Both the position numbers and the translations under genes were made by a program. DNA of 64,000 nucleotides from Bacillota bacterium. GTDB lineage: Bacteria; Bacillota; Clostridia; Acetivibrionales; JAMNYG01. Shown piece by piece: positions 42,003 through 51,834 of the stretch; position 1 is the stretch's first letter; each line of letters starts with the position of its first letter. The notes under the pieces were generated by a model that made no database searches, was not told where the DNA came from, and worked only from the letters and a program-made list of their open reading frames with translations. Location: positions 8,520 through 72,519 of the forward strand of contig JAMNYG010000144.1 in the NCBI GenBank assembly GCA_023622945.1. Reading direction: 5' to 3'.

Positions 42003-42608
42003 ATGATGTTTGAAGGAATCAGCCGGTTTATAAAAAAGATTATCAATGACACGGACAGGAAGAAGCTTATCGAGAACAGTTTGGTGGTCGTGATTATAGG
42101 CATCATACTTGTAATTGCAGGCAGTACGCTTTTCGGAGGAAGCAAAGGGAAGGAAGACAGTTACCGTGATGAGCCGGAATCGGTACAGACCGGCAAAAAT
42201 ATCTCTCAAAAAGAGGACGATTACCTTGTAAATGAGCTGGAAAGCATATTGTCCCAGATAGACGGGGCAGGCAGGGTGGATGTAATGATAACGTACTCAT
42301 CAGGGAAAGAGATGGTGCCTGCCTATGACAGGAAGACGCGTCAGAGGGAAACCCAGGAAAAAGACAGCAACGGAGGAACGAGGATTATCCAGGAAAGCGA
42401 CACCGAAGACATAATAGTTTATGAAGATGTTCCGGGAGGCGGAAGAAAACCAGTGTTTACAATGGAAAGGCTTCCTGAGGTAAAGGGCGTGGTTGTTGTG
42501 GCTGACGGGGCATCAGTGCCCACCGTCAAGGAAAACCTTGTGAAAGCCGTACAGGCACTTCTTGATGTACCACCCCACAGGGTACAGGTATTTGAAAGAA
42601 AAAAGTGA
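42003..42608 (+). CDS. spoIIIAG: Stage III sporulation protein AG
   Basis: LSQIDGAGRVDVMIT, PEVKGVVVVADGA, PHRVQV. Confidence 0.92.
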   Translation: MMFEGISRFIKKIINDTDRKKLIENSLVVVIIGIILVIAGSTLFGGSKGKEDSYRDEPESVQTGKNISQKEDDYLVNELESILSQIDGAGRVDVMITYSSGKEMVPAYDRKTRQRETQEKDSNGGTRIIQESDTEDIIVYEDVPGGGRKPVFTMERLPEVKGVVVVADGASVPTVKENLVKAVQALLDVPPHRVQVFERKK

Positions 42609-42702
42609 TATCACAAAAACTGATATAAACAGGTAAAGAGCTGAATATACATTAATTATGAACAGAAAAGTTTATCATCGAAAAAAAGGGGAGGGTATGG
42701 AA

Positions 42703-43308
42703 ATGATGGTTTTCAAAAGAAAACAGATCGTTGTCCTTTCATTGATTTTAATGATACTGGTCGCAGGATATTTACAGTACAGCTACAAAAAGAGCGGTTC
42801 CTCTGCCGATAACAGAACCAATGAAAGAATTGGAGAAGCCGTCTATGTAGATAACAGCGGGGGCACGGAAATGTTTGATGAAGAAGGGGTTACTGCTTTG
42901 GAAGGAGAACTGGCGCAGGAAGATGAAATTGTTGTGCCCGCATCTGCTGAAACCAATAACTATTTTGCCCAGGCAAAGCTGGACAGAGAGGTGACAAGGA
43001 GCAAGAATTTCGAAGCTCTTGAAAATATTACCAGGGACGAAAATGCAGATCAGCAGGCAAAAGCGGTAGCATACGAGCAGTTAGCCAGGCTCACCGAGAT
43101 TGCTGAAAAAGAAATGAAGGTGGAAAATCTCATCAAGCAGAGAGGGATTGAAGATGTAATAGCTTTTGTAAGTGAAGACGGAAGCGTTGATATAATCGTA
43201 AAGGCTCCCAAACTGACACCTGAGCTGACAGCACAGATCGTAGATGTGGTTTCAAGGCATGCAAATGTGGATATAACTAATATAACCCTCAAGAATATGT
43301 GGCTGTAA
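42703..43308 (+). CDS. spoIIIAH: Stage III sporulation protein AH
   Basis: KRKQIVVLSLILMILVAGYL, YFAQAKLDRE, ENLIKQRG. Confidence 0.88.
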   Translation: MMVFKRKQIVVLSLILMILVAGYLQYSYKKSGSSADNRTNERIGEAVYVDNSGGTEMFDEEGVTALEGELAQEDEIVVPASAETNNYFAQAKLDREVTRSKNFEALENITRDENADQQAKAVAYEQLARLTEIAEKEMKVENLIKQRGIEDVIAFVSEDGSVDIIVKAPKLTPELTAQIVDVVSRHANVDITNITLKNMWL

Positions 43309-43433
43309 GGTCATAAAGTACTGTAAATATTGATATGATAAATGCATAGTGATATAATACTCTCTAAGGGCAAAGGTGCATAATGTTTCCAGTTGATTTT
43401 GTTATAAGTGCTTCAGGCAAAGGAGGGAATTAA

Positions 43434-43838
43434 GTGGAGGAACTGGAACAGGGCGTGGTAAATGAGCTGGGCTCTATCAAAATTACAGAAGAAGTCGTTG
43501 CCATAATAGCAGGCATAGCGGCTACAGAAGTACCCGGAGTAGCGGGCATGAGCGGAGGAATTGCCGGTGGAATTGCCGAGATGCTTGGAAGAAAAAATCT
43601 CTCCAAGGGTGTAAAAGTTGAAGTGGGAGAGAAGGAAGCGGCAATAGACCTATACATAGTGGTTGAGTACGGCTGCAGAATTCCCGACGTTGCCTGGGAG
43701 ATACAGGAAAAAGTTAAAAAATCTGTAGAGACCATGACCGGATTGAACGTAGTTGAGGTTAACATACATGTACAGGGTGTCAATATAGAGAAGGAATACA
43801 AGAAAGAATCCGTGGAGGAAAGCACCAAACTAAAGTGA
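43434..43838 (+). CDS. Asp23/Gls24 family protein
   Basis: IKITEEVVAIIAGIAATEVPGV, KGVKVEV, MTGL.V.EVNIHVQGV. Confidence 0.92.
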   Translation: MEELEQGVVNELGSIKITEEVVAIIAGIAATEVPGVAGMSGGIAGGIAEMLGRKNLSKGVKVEVGEKEAAIDLYIVVEYGCRIPDVAWEIQEKVKKSVETMTGLNVVEVNIHVQGVNIEKEYKKESVEESTKLK

Positions 43839-44013
43839 TTCTGCTGGCGTAATTTCCGATATGCCGGCAAAAACATGTCTGAATTGAGTAATAATAATTT
43901 AATAAACCTTCAGGGTTTATTTTTTTTAAAAAACAAACTATAATGTTAATATAAACCAAGGAAAATAATATAAACGAAGGAAAAAGGAGTTTGTAATTGA
44001 GGTGATTCCGGCC

Positions 44014-44562
44014 ATGAACATTTTTTATAGAATAATGCTTGCTGTGTATGCTTTTTGCCTGATGATAATGTCAGCCATATCCATGATAATTACCCTTAGG
44101 CGTGAATTATCCTACAGGATTTTTGAATTTTATACCGGAAACGTGCTTCAGAATTTCGGTTCCAGGCTGGCTATGTTCATTATTTCCCTGGTATTTTTTG
44201 TTCTCAGCCTTGTGTTCCTTTTGTCAGGTTTCAAGAAGAGTAAGGAAAAAAGAGCCGTCAGCAAGTATACTAATATAGGCGAAGTGAAAATTTCTCTTAA
44301 TTCCATTGAGAATATTGCCCTTTCAGCAGCAAAAAAGAATACCAGTATCCGTGAGGCCAAGGCCTATGTGTATAATATTGCTGAAGGTGTCCTGGTCATC
44401 ATGAGAATAGTTGCTCTTCCCGACGTAAACTTGCCATCCCTCTCTGAGGACATTCAGACAAGAGTAAAGAATGCAATTGAAGAATGTTCGGGTATAAACG
44501 TGGATGAAGTAAAGGTGTTCATTGAGAACATTCACACAGGATACAAGTCCAGGGTTGAATAA
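44014..44562 (+). CDS. amaP: Alkaline shock membrane anchor AmaP-like protein
   Basis: Two N-terminal TM helices, GEVKIS, follows the Asp23 gene. Confidence 0.78.
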   Translation: MNIFYRIMLAVYAFCLMIMSAISMIITLRRELSYRIFEFYTGNVLQNFGSRLAMFIISLVFFVLSLVFLLSGFKKSKEKRAVSKYTNIGEVKISLNSIENIALSAAKKNTSIREAKAYVYNIAEGVLVIMRIVALPDVNLPSLSEDIQTRVKNAIEECSGINVDEVKVFIENIHTGYKSRVE

Positions 44563-44574
44563 ACAGGGGGATTT

Positions 44575-44808
44575 GTGATGAATAAGGAAAAAATCCTTGA
44601 TTTTTATAACTCCCATCGGGGAGGGATAAACGGCGCTGCTACAGGAGTTTTGATCGGGATTATCATACTTCTTATAGGTATCTTCAGAACTCTTTTTCTT
44701 GCAATGTGCGGTGGAATAGGTTATTATCTGGGAAAAAGGCTTTCTCAGGATAAGGATTATCTGAAGAATCTGCTGGACAGAATACTACCGCCGGGAACAT
44801 ACAGATAA
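44575..44808 (+). CDS. DUF2273-like small membrane protein
   Basis: Hydrophobic, GYYLGK motif; between amaP and nusB. Confidence 0.75.
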   Translation: MMNKEKILDFYNSHRGGINGAATGVLIGIIILLIGIFRTLFLAMCGGIGYYLGKRLSQDKDYLKNLLDRILPPGTYR

Positions 44809-44846
44809 ACCAAAAAAAGCCCAGACGATGAATGGAGGAAAGCTTG

Positions 44847-45260
44847 ATGGGACGCAGGGCATCCAGAGAAATTGCAATGAAACTTCTATACCAGCTGGAA
44901 ATACAAAAGGGAGACAGAGAAGAGCAAATACGTACGGCTCTCGAAGGTAATTCCCTTACCAGGAATGACAGGGAATATATAATGGATATCATTGAAGGAG
45001 TAACTGCAAACCTGCCCAAAATCGACAAGTTGATAGAGACCTACTCAAAAGGATGGAAAATCAACAGGCTTTCCAAGGTTGATCTGTCTATTCTGAGGCT
45101 AAGCATATATGAGATATGCTGCAGGAATGACATTCCGTCAATTGTATCTATAAATGAAGCCGTTGAACTTGCTAAAAAGTACAGCAGCGAAGAGTCCGGA
45201 GCATTTGTCAACGGAATACTCGGAAGTGTTTCCAAAACACCTACACTGCCTGATCTGTAG
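44847..45260 (+). CDS. nusB: Transcription antitermination factor NusB
   Basis: RRASRE...LYQ, ILRL..YE, INEAVELAKKY, FVNGILG. Confidence 0.96.
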   Translation: MGRRASREIAMKLLYQLEIQKGDREEQIRTALEGNSLTRNDREYIMDIIEGVTANLPKIDKLIETYSKGWKINRLSKVDLSILRLSIYEICCRNDIPSIVSINEAVELAKKYSSEESGAFVNGILGSVSKTPTLPDL

Positions 45261-45311
45261 CCCTAGGCCATTTTTATTTACAATACTGTTTAACAGCCAA
45301 TCAGGTGACCT

Positions 45312-46544
45312 ATGCACAACATTTTGTCTGTAACAGAAGTCAACAAATATATAAAAGGAATCTTGTCCAATGATCTGATACTCTCCGGCCTGTGGGTCAG
45401 AGGTGAGATATCCAACTATAAACATCACTATACAGGGCATCGGTATTTTACCATCAAGGATGAAAACAGCATACTCAAATGCGTGATGTTTAAATCACAT
45501 GCCGCATCCCTTAAATTCAATCCCGAAAACGGAATGAAAGTGGTAGTAAATGGTTATATTTCCGTTTTTGAGCGGGACGGACAGTATCAGCTTTATGTAC
45601 AGCAGATGCAACCGGATGGGATAGGAGCTCTTCATATAGCATTTGAGCAGCTTAAAATGCGTCTTTACCAGGAAGGTTTATTTGACAGGGAACACAAGAA
45701 ACCGTTGCCATACCTGCCTGGTTCCATCGGAGTGGTGACTTCTTCTACCGGAGCCGTTATAAGGGATATCATAAATATTCTCAGCAGAAGGTTTCATAAT
45801 TTCAATTTAAAGCTTTTCCCTGTGGCAGTTCAGGGAGAATCGGCAGCTTTACAGATATCCAGGGCAATAAGAAAGTTTAATGAACTTGGTTGTGTGGATG
45901 TTATAATAATAGCCAGAGGAGGAGGATCCCTGGAAGAACTGTGGGCTTTTAACGAAGAAGTGGTGGCAAGGAGCATATTTGAATCCAGGATCCCGGTAAT
46001 ATCCGCAGTAGGTCATGAAACGGATTTTACCATTGCGGATTTTGTTGCCGATATGCGTGCCCCTACTCCTTCTGCAGCAGCAGAAATTGTTATGCCGGAA
46101 AAGGCTGCTGTAATCAATACCATAAACAACCTCAATACGCGCCTTGTCAATGCCGTTTTAAAGAAGCTGAGCCTGAGCCGTGCCAAGCTTGATGCCGTAC
46201 GAAACAGCGCGGTATTCAGACAACCTTATAACAGGGTGTACCAGGAGAGAATGAGGCTTGACCTTCTGGATAAATATATGAGAAAGGCTCTGGAAACTAA
46301 TTATGAAAAGCAAAAGGCAAGGTTTTCAATGCTTGCCGGAAAACTGGATGCATTAAGCCCCTTAACAATACTTTCCAGGGGTTACAGCATTGCAAAATCC
46401 TGCAAGGACGGTAAAATAATAAAGAGCATAAAAGGGATTGAAAAGGGAGATCCGGTGGAGATAAACGTAAGCGACGGAAAAATAAAGTGTACCGTTGACG
46501 GTGTTGAAGGAGGAGCCTATGGAACTGGAAAACTTGAGCTTTGA
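45312..46544 (+). CDS. xseA: Exodeoxyribonuclease VII large subunit
   Basis: GEISN, ARGGGSLEELWAFN, SAVGHETD, RAPTPSAAAE. Confidence 0.97.
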   Translation: MHNILSVTEVNKYIKGILSNDLILSGLWVRGEISNYKHHYTGHRYFTIKDENSILKCVMFKSHAASLKFNPENGMKVVVNGYISVFERDGQYQLYVQQMQPDGIGALHIAFEQLKMRLYQEGLFDREHKKPLPYLPGSIGVVTSSTGAVIRDIINILSRRFHNFNLKLFPVAVQGESAALQISRAIRKFNELGCVDVIIIARGGGSLEELWAFNEEVVARSIFESRIPVISAVGHETDFTIADFVADMRAPTPSAAAEIVMPEKAAVINTINNLNTRLVNAVLKKLSLSRAKLDAVRNSAVFRQPYNRVYQERMRLDLLDKYMRKALETNYEKQKARFSMLAGKLDALSPLTILSRGYSIAKSCKDGKIIKSIKGIEKGDPVEINVSDGKIKCTVDGVEGGAYGTGKLEL

Positions 46545-46773
46545 AAAGGCCATGAGTGAGCTTGAAAGGATTGTGGAAACGCTTGAAAAGGGAGATATGA
46601 CTCTGGATGAATCCATAGAGGCTTTCCAGAAAGGTATTGAACTTTCCAGATATTGCAGCAAGAGGCTTGATGAAATTGAAAGAAAAATAACCGTTCTCAT
46701 TGAAGACCAAAATGGGGAAATAAGGGAAGAACCTTTGGCTGTGAAAGGGATTATGGAGGTAAATCAGGAGTAA
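46519..46773 (+). CDS. xseB: Exodeoxyribonuclease VII small subunit
   Basis: FEKAMSELERIVETLEKGDMTLDES. Confidence 0.95.
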   Translation: MELENLSFEKAMSELERIVETLEKGDMTLDESIEAFQKGIELSRYCSKRLDEIERKITVLIEDQNGEIREEPLAVKGIMEVNQE

Positions 46774-47711
46774 TGCTGAAAGATATAACATGCAGCAGTG
46801 AAATAAATCCGGAAGAATTTAAGCGTTTTAAAATGAAATACAACGGATGGGTGGACAGAATAAATGAAGAACTTGACAGATTGATTCCTGAAAACAATTC
46901 TCCTCAGGGCAGTATTTATGATGCAATGCGGTACAGCCTTATGGCAGGAGGGAAAAGACTGAGACCTGTGCTTGCCATAGCCGTAAGTGAAATGCTGGGA
47001 GGGGACATTGAAAAAGTATTGCCTTTTGCATGTGCCATAGAAATGATACATACATATTCATTGATACATGATGACCTTCCGTGCATGGACAACGATGATT
47101 ACAGGAGGGGGAAGCCTACAAACCATAAGGTTTTTGGTGAAGCCCAGGCGCTGCTGGCAGGAGATGCGCTTTTAAACCGTGCATTTGAAGTAATGGCCGA
47201 GAGCATTTCCAGGGTACCCGAGAATGCAGTTGAAGGCGTCAATGCCATGAGGGTAATAGCAGAAGCTTCAGGAACAAAAGGCATGATAGGGGGACAGGTA
47301 ATAGATATTAAGTCTGAGGGCAAGGCTATTCCCGGAGAACTGTTACTGTATATGCACAAGTGCAAAACCGGAGCCCTTATCAAAGCCTCAGTATTATCTG
47401 CTGCGGTTATATGCAGGGCAGACACTGAAACCATGAAGATCCTGGAAGAATTTGTGGAATGTATCGGCTTGGCTTTTCAGATAAAGGACGATATTCTGGA
47501 TGTAGAAGGCAATTCAAAAGTGATGGGAAAAAACACGGGAAGTGATGCTGCAAAAAGCAAGTCAACTTTTGTCAGCGTCTATGGACTGAACCAATCCAAA
47601 AAAATGCTACTTGAATTGACCGACCAGGCTGCAGGTTGTATTTCCGGGTTTGGGGAAAAAGCCTGGTTCCTTAAATCTCTGACAAAATATCTTGCGATAA
47701 GGGAAATGTGA
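46773..47711 (+). CDS. ispA: Farnesyl diphosphate synthase
   Basis: GGKRLRP, SLIHDDLPCMDNDDYRRG, KTGAL, FQIKDDILD. Confidence 0.95.
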   Translation: MLKDITCSSEINPEEFKRFKMKYNGWVDRINEELDRLIPENNSPQGSIYDAMRYSLMAGGKRLRPVLAIAVSEMLGGDIEKVLPFACAIEMIHTYSLIHDDLPCMDNDDYRRGKPTNHKVFGEAQALLAGDALLNRAFEVMAESISRVPENAVEGVNAMRVIAEASGTKGMIGGQVIDIKSEGKAIPGELLLYMHKCKTGALIKASVLSAAVICRADTETMKILEEFVECIGLAFQIKDDILDVEGNSKVMGKNTGSDAAKSKSTFVSVYGLNQSKKMLLELTDQAAGCISGFGEKAWFLKSLTKYLAIREM

Positions 47712-47726
47712 CCCGGAGGTGCAACA

Positions 47727-48164
47727 ATGGAATTCATACGGCAAATTCTGGGAAACAAAACCATCACGGTGCCGGCCGTTGCATGGTTTGTTGCTCAGGC
47801 CATAAAGGTTGTAGGTGTCATCATAAGAGAAAAGAAGCTGGATTTTACAAGATTTGTAGGTTCCGGAGGTATGCCCAGTTCTCATACTTCCTTTATTGTC
47901 TCCCTGGCGACGGTTGTGGGAAAAAATCACGGATGGGATTCCACCATGTTTGGAATTGCATTTGCCATTTCCATGGTGGTAATGTATGATGCGGCCGGAA
48001 TAAGAAGGGCAGCGGGGAAACAGGCGGAAGTGCTTAACAGGATTATTTTTTCCAGCGAGGATATACATATTGATGAAGAGCTGAAAGAACTCCTGGGACA
48101 CACACCGTTTGAAGTGATCATGGGGGCAGTTCTTGGCATAATCATGGGTCTATGGCTTGGATGA
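47727..48164 (+). CDS. Divergent PAP2 family (DUF212-like) membrane protein
   Basis: GGMPSSH, VMYDAAGIRRAAG, LKELLGHTP.EV. Confidence 0.9.
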   Translation: MEFIRQILGNKTITVPAVAWFVAQAIKVVGVIIREKKLDFTRFVGSGGMPSSHTSFIVSLATVVGKNHGWDSTMFGIAFAISMVVMYDAAGIRRAAGKQAEVLNRIIFSSEDIHIDEELKELLGHTPFEVIMGAVLGIIMGLWLG

Positions 48165-48320
48165 TGCGAGCTACACAACGCATAACCAATTTTGATTGAG
48201 CATTCCGGGGCAAAGTCACAATAAACGCTTGCCGTAGTTGTTTTGGAATGAATTGTTCGCCGGAGTAATCTTTATTCCGGTTTTTTTCTGTGTTATAATC
48301 TATTATCGACTAGTAGTTGC

Positions 48321-48939
48321 AAACAGGGTGGTGCAGTATTCTAGTCAGTACTTCCGATTCTGAAGACGGGCCTAAAAATCCGTTAAAGGGCACATCGATG
48401 AAGTTCCTTGTGTTGGCTTGCTACGCCCAGTAGTGGGCTGATGCTGGGAGTTAAGGTTTAGGGGCGATCCGCAATGGCATGCGGGCGTTGACCCCTTTAC
48501 CGTGGAGACCTTTGCTTGTAGATGAAATCAGCGACGGAGTCAGGACATTCCGGAACTGATTTATCTACGAGGAAGGATTAAACCTGTTATGCGGTACCGA
48601 AAGGTGCTGTGAACAGAGTAGCCTGCCTTGAGTGAATATGGTGGATAGCAAAGCAGGTGCAGTGGTATTGGCCGATACGACTGCATCGTAGCCACTTGAA
48701 ACCATCTTTGCAAAAGAGGCTAGGAATCGGCAAGGCTGTCGGGGAAAACCCCTAGACTGTTCGAAAGAGGCATATTGAGGATTGCAGTGTGGTCTAAGTG
48801 GTAATCAGGCCTTGCCTGCGGTAACGCAGCAACCGAGGGTTTAAAGGGAAACCGCTGATTTGGCGACATTTCAGTACCCGAGGGGGAAATCCTGCCTGAC
48901 CTAAGCCGCAAAATTTACTCAATATGCTACCACCTGTTT
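48321..48939 (+). ncRNA. ole: OLE (ornate, large, extremophilic) RNA
   Basis: ~620-nt GC-richer intergenic block with no credible ORF; ends pair (AAACAGGGTGGTGCAGTATT / AATATGCTACCACCTGTTT); starts GGTGCAGTATTCTAGTCAG as recalled for OLE; canonical ispA-ole-oapA-dxs-tlyA-nadK-argR-recN context; TGTTATAAT upstream. Confidence 0.9.
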
Positions 48940-49005
48940 TTTTATTTTTATCGTTAAATAAGAGTTTTATCATTAAATTAATTTATTGTGATAGCTTATG
49001 TGAAG

Positions 49006-49110
49006 AAATGATATGCAAGAATAACAGCAGTATCACCAGGAGACTGGATTATGCCTCTGTTCCACCAGTCTCTAAGGCTTGCTCAAATGTTATTCCTCAG
49101 CATATCATTT
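49006..49110. repeat. Inverted-repeat element of the AAATGATATGC family
   Basis: AAATGATATGCAAGAATAACA...GAGACTGG...CCAGTCTC...TGTTATTCCTCAGCATATCATTT. Confidence 0.8.
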
Positions 49111-49290
49111 GCTTACTATGCTGGCACAACAAGTTAAAGTAAGCATTTTGTAATTGAATTAAGTTAAATTTGGAATATAATAATATAGAGCCTTATTGTT
49201 TGCAGCATGATTGAAAATTTATCTGCTGAATAATTAATAATTTTATTTATACATATGAGTTTGAGCAGTAATATATGGAGGATAATCAGT

Positions 49291-49941
49291 GTGGATGATT
49301 ATTTTAAACGTCCGGTCGACAACAGGAAAAGGCGATTCAAGGTTAATCTTTCGGGAACCAATAACCAGGGAAGACGCTGGACAATTCTGATTACCGTAAT
49401 TTCTTTTTTATTGTCCGTAACTTTATCATTTTTCTCCTCTGTCATTATGGAAGATACAAGCGTTTATGCAGCAGTACTGGTAGTACTTGTTATTATTGCC
49501 ATAAACATTTTGTTTGATATAATAGGAACGGCTGTTACTGCTGCAGAAGAACCTCCTTTTCACGCCATGGCCTCAAAAAAGGTTTATGGAGCAAAGGAAG
49601 CAATACTGCTTATCAGGCATGCAGACAAAGTTTCAAACTTCTGTAATGACGTGGTGGGAGATATTTGCGGAATCATCAGCGGGTCAGCCAGCCTGCTGAT
49701 TGTTGTTACAGTAGTGGGCAATTACGATGCAGCTGACAGCTCTCTTGCAGGTCTTGCAATAACGGGACTGGTTGCATCGTTAACGGTAGGAGGAAAGGCC
49801 CTTGGCAAGTCAATAGCCATACGAAACAGCAATTATTTCATTTATAAAGTAGGCGTAATAATAAGGTTTTTATTTGGAAGAATAATTTCAAAGCGTAGTT
49901 ATGGTTCCAGGAGAAAAAACAGGAACAAAAAGGACAGATAA
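49291..49941 (+). CDS. oapA: OLE-associated membrane protein A (DUF21/CNNM-like)
   Basis: Hydrophobic helices, FDIIGTAVTAA.EPPFHAMASKK, NFCNDVVGDICGIISG; directly downstream of OLE; GGAGG RBS. Confidence 0.85.
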   Translation: MDDYFKRPVDNRKRRFKVNLSGTNNQGRRWTILITVISFLLSVTLSFFSSVIMEDTSVYAAVLVVLVIIAINILFDIIGTAVTAAEEPPFHAMASKKVYGAKEAILLIRHADKVSNFCNDVVGDICGIISGSASLLIVVTVVGNYDAADSSLAGLAITGLVASLTVGGKALGKSIAIRNSNYFIYKVGVIIRFLFGRIISKRSYGSRRKNRNKKDR

Positions 49942-49958
49942 GAGGAGAGATACAACAA

Positions 49959-51821
49959 GTGGGGGAGCTTTTAAATCAGATCAATTCACCGGGTGACATA
50001 AAAAAGCTTACATTCAGGGAGCTTGATGTATTAGCTGAAGAAATACGAAGTTTTCTCATAGAGAAAGTGTCCAAAACAGGCGGACACATAGCTTCAAACC
50101 TTGGAGCGGTTGAACTTACCCTGGCTTTGCATAAGGTTTTTGAAAGTCCAAAGGATAAGATAATATGGGATGTAGGACACCAGTCATACGTACATAAAAT
50201 AATAACCGGGAGAAAGGAAAGGTTTGACACCTTAAGGCAGTTGGGAGGCATTTCAGGTTTTCCGAAATCTGACGAAAGCTGCCATGACTGCTTTAACACC
50301 GGCCACAGCAGTACCTCCATCTCTGCAGCCCTTGGTATGGCCAAGGCAAGAGACTTAAAAAATGAAAAGCATTCTGTGGTGGCTGTAATCGGAGACGGTG
50401 CCCTAACCGGAGGTATGGCTTTCGAGGCATTGAATGATGCCGGAAGGTCATCCAACAATCTGATAGTGGTTCTAAACGACAATGAAATGTCCATAGCCAG
50501 AAACGTGGGAGGAATGTCCAGGTATCTAACCAGGTTGAGGACCCAGCCTTTTTATTTTAAAGCCAAAGAAGATGTGGAAGCTTTTCTGAACAAAATACCT
50601 GCCATCGGGAAAAGTGCCACAAATGCCATTCGGAGGGCCAAAGGGACCATCAAATATATCATAATGCCTGGAATAATATTTGAAGAACTTGGATTCAAAT
50701 ACCTGGGACCTATTGACGGACACAATATCCGGGAACTGGTCAGGGTTTTTTCAAGGGCAAAGATGACCAAAGGACCGGTGTTTATTCATGTTTGTACCAA
50801 GAAGGGAAAGGGATACAAGCCTGCTGAGGAAAATCCGGACAAATTCCATGGTATAGCACCTTTTGATATTGAATCCGGTGAGGTAATGAAAGGAAAAGGC
50901 CCAAGCTATTCAGAGTTTTTTGGTGAAGAGATGCTTAGGCAGGCAGCCCGCGATCCAAAACTGGTTGCCATAACTGCAGCCATGCCCCATGGGACAGGAC
51001 TGGAGCCTTTTTCCAGAGTATATCCCGACAGATTTTTTGATGTAGGAATTGCTGAGCAGCATGCGGTTACTTTTGCAGCAGGTCTTGCAAAGGGCGGCAT
51101 GAAGCCGGTAGTGGCCATTTACTCTTCATTCCTGCAGCGTTCTTATGACCAGATACTCCATGATGTGGCACTGCAAAACCTCCATGTGATTTTTGCCATT
51201 GACAGGGCAGGAGTAGTGGGAGAAGACGGTGAGACCCACCAGGGGTTATATGATCTGTCATTCCTCGGACATATACCCAACATGATCATAATGGCACCCT
51301 GTGACTACCAGGAGTTTTCCAGGATGCTGGACTTTGCCATATGGCATGTCCATGGGCCTGTAGCCGTAAGATATCCCAAGGGAGCAGGTCCTCAAAAGCT
51401 TGTTGAAGCTCCTCCCATAGAGCTGGGACGCGGTTTTGTCATCAGAGAAGGCAGCGATGTTTCTCTGGTGGCAATAGGGAATATGGTGGAAACTGCCATG
51501 AATGTAGCTGATAAACTTGAAAAAGCAGGGATCAGTGCTGAAGTTATAAATGCAAGGTTTGCCAAACCTCTGGATTCAGGATTAATAATAGAGTCAGCGG
51601 TTAAGACAGGCAGGCTGTTTACATTAGAGGATAATACAGCCGTGGGAGGCTTCGGAAGCAGCGTGTTGGAAATGCTGAGCAGAAACGGAATTTATGTAAA
51701 AACCAAAATTTTTGGATTTCCGGATGTCCCGGTAACGCACGGGAGCAAGGGCCAATTATATGAAAAGTACGGTATGGATGAGAATACGATTCTGTCTGAC
51801 ATATTGAAGACATTGTCTTAA
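49959..51821 (+). CDS. dxs: 1-deoxy-D-xylulose-5-phosphate synthase
   Basis: GGHIASNLG, WDVGHQ, GHSSTS, GDGALTGG, IAEQHAV, DRAG. Confidence 0.98.
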   Translation: MGELLNQINSPGDIKKLTFRELDVLAEEIRSFLIEKVSKTGGHIASNLGAVELTLALHKVFESPKDKIIWDVGHQSYVHKIITGRKERFDTLRQLGGISGFPKSDESCHDCFNTGHSSTSISAALGMAKARDLKNEKHSVVAVIGDGALTGGMAFEALNDAGRSSNNLIVVLNDNEMSIARNVGGMSRYLTRLRTQPFYFKAKEDVEAFLNKIPAIGKSATNAIRRAKGTIKYIIMPGIIFEELGFKYLGPIDGHNIRELVRVFSRAKMTKGPVFIHVCTKKGKGYKPAEENPDKFHGIAPFDIESGEVMKGKGPSYSEFFGEEMLRQAARDPKLVAITAAMPHGTGLEPFSRVYPDRFFDVGIAEQHAVTFAAGLAKGGMKPVVAIYSSFLQRSYDQILHDVALQNLHVIFAIDRAGVVGEDGETHQGLYDLSFLGHIPNMIIMAPCDYQEFSRMLDFAIWHVHGPVAVRYPKGAGPQKLVEAPPIELGRGFVIREGSDVSLVAIGNMVETAMNVADKLEKAGISAEVINARFAKPLDSGLIIESAVKTGRLFTLEDNTAVGGFGSSVLEMLSRNGIYVKTKIFGFPDVPVTHGSKGQLYEKYGMDENTILSDILKTLS

Positions 51822-51834
51822 CGGAGGTTTTAAA

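Noticed and set aside
47708..47989. Cys/His-rich 93-aa ORF overlapping the DUF212-like gene
   Set aside because: Alternate frame of a well-supported gene
48321..48939. Group I/II intron, tmRNA, RNase P or riboswitch as alternative identity
   Set aside because: No intron-encoded ORF or hallmark motifs recognised; length, 5' sequence and oapA/dxs context fit OLE better
48720..49142. Short ORFs 48720-48911 (-) and 48924-49142 (+)
   Set aside because: They lie within the OLE RNA or the hairpin repeat and show no RBS or protein motifs
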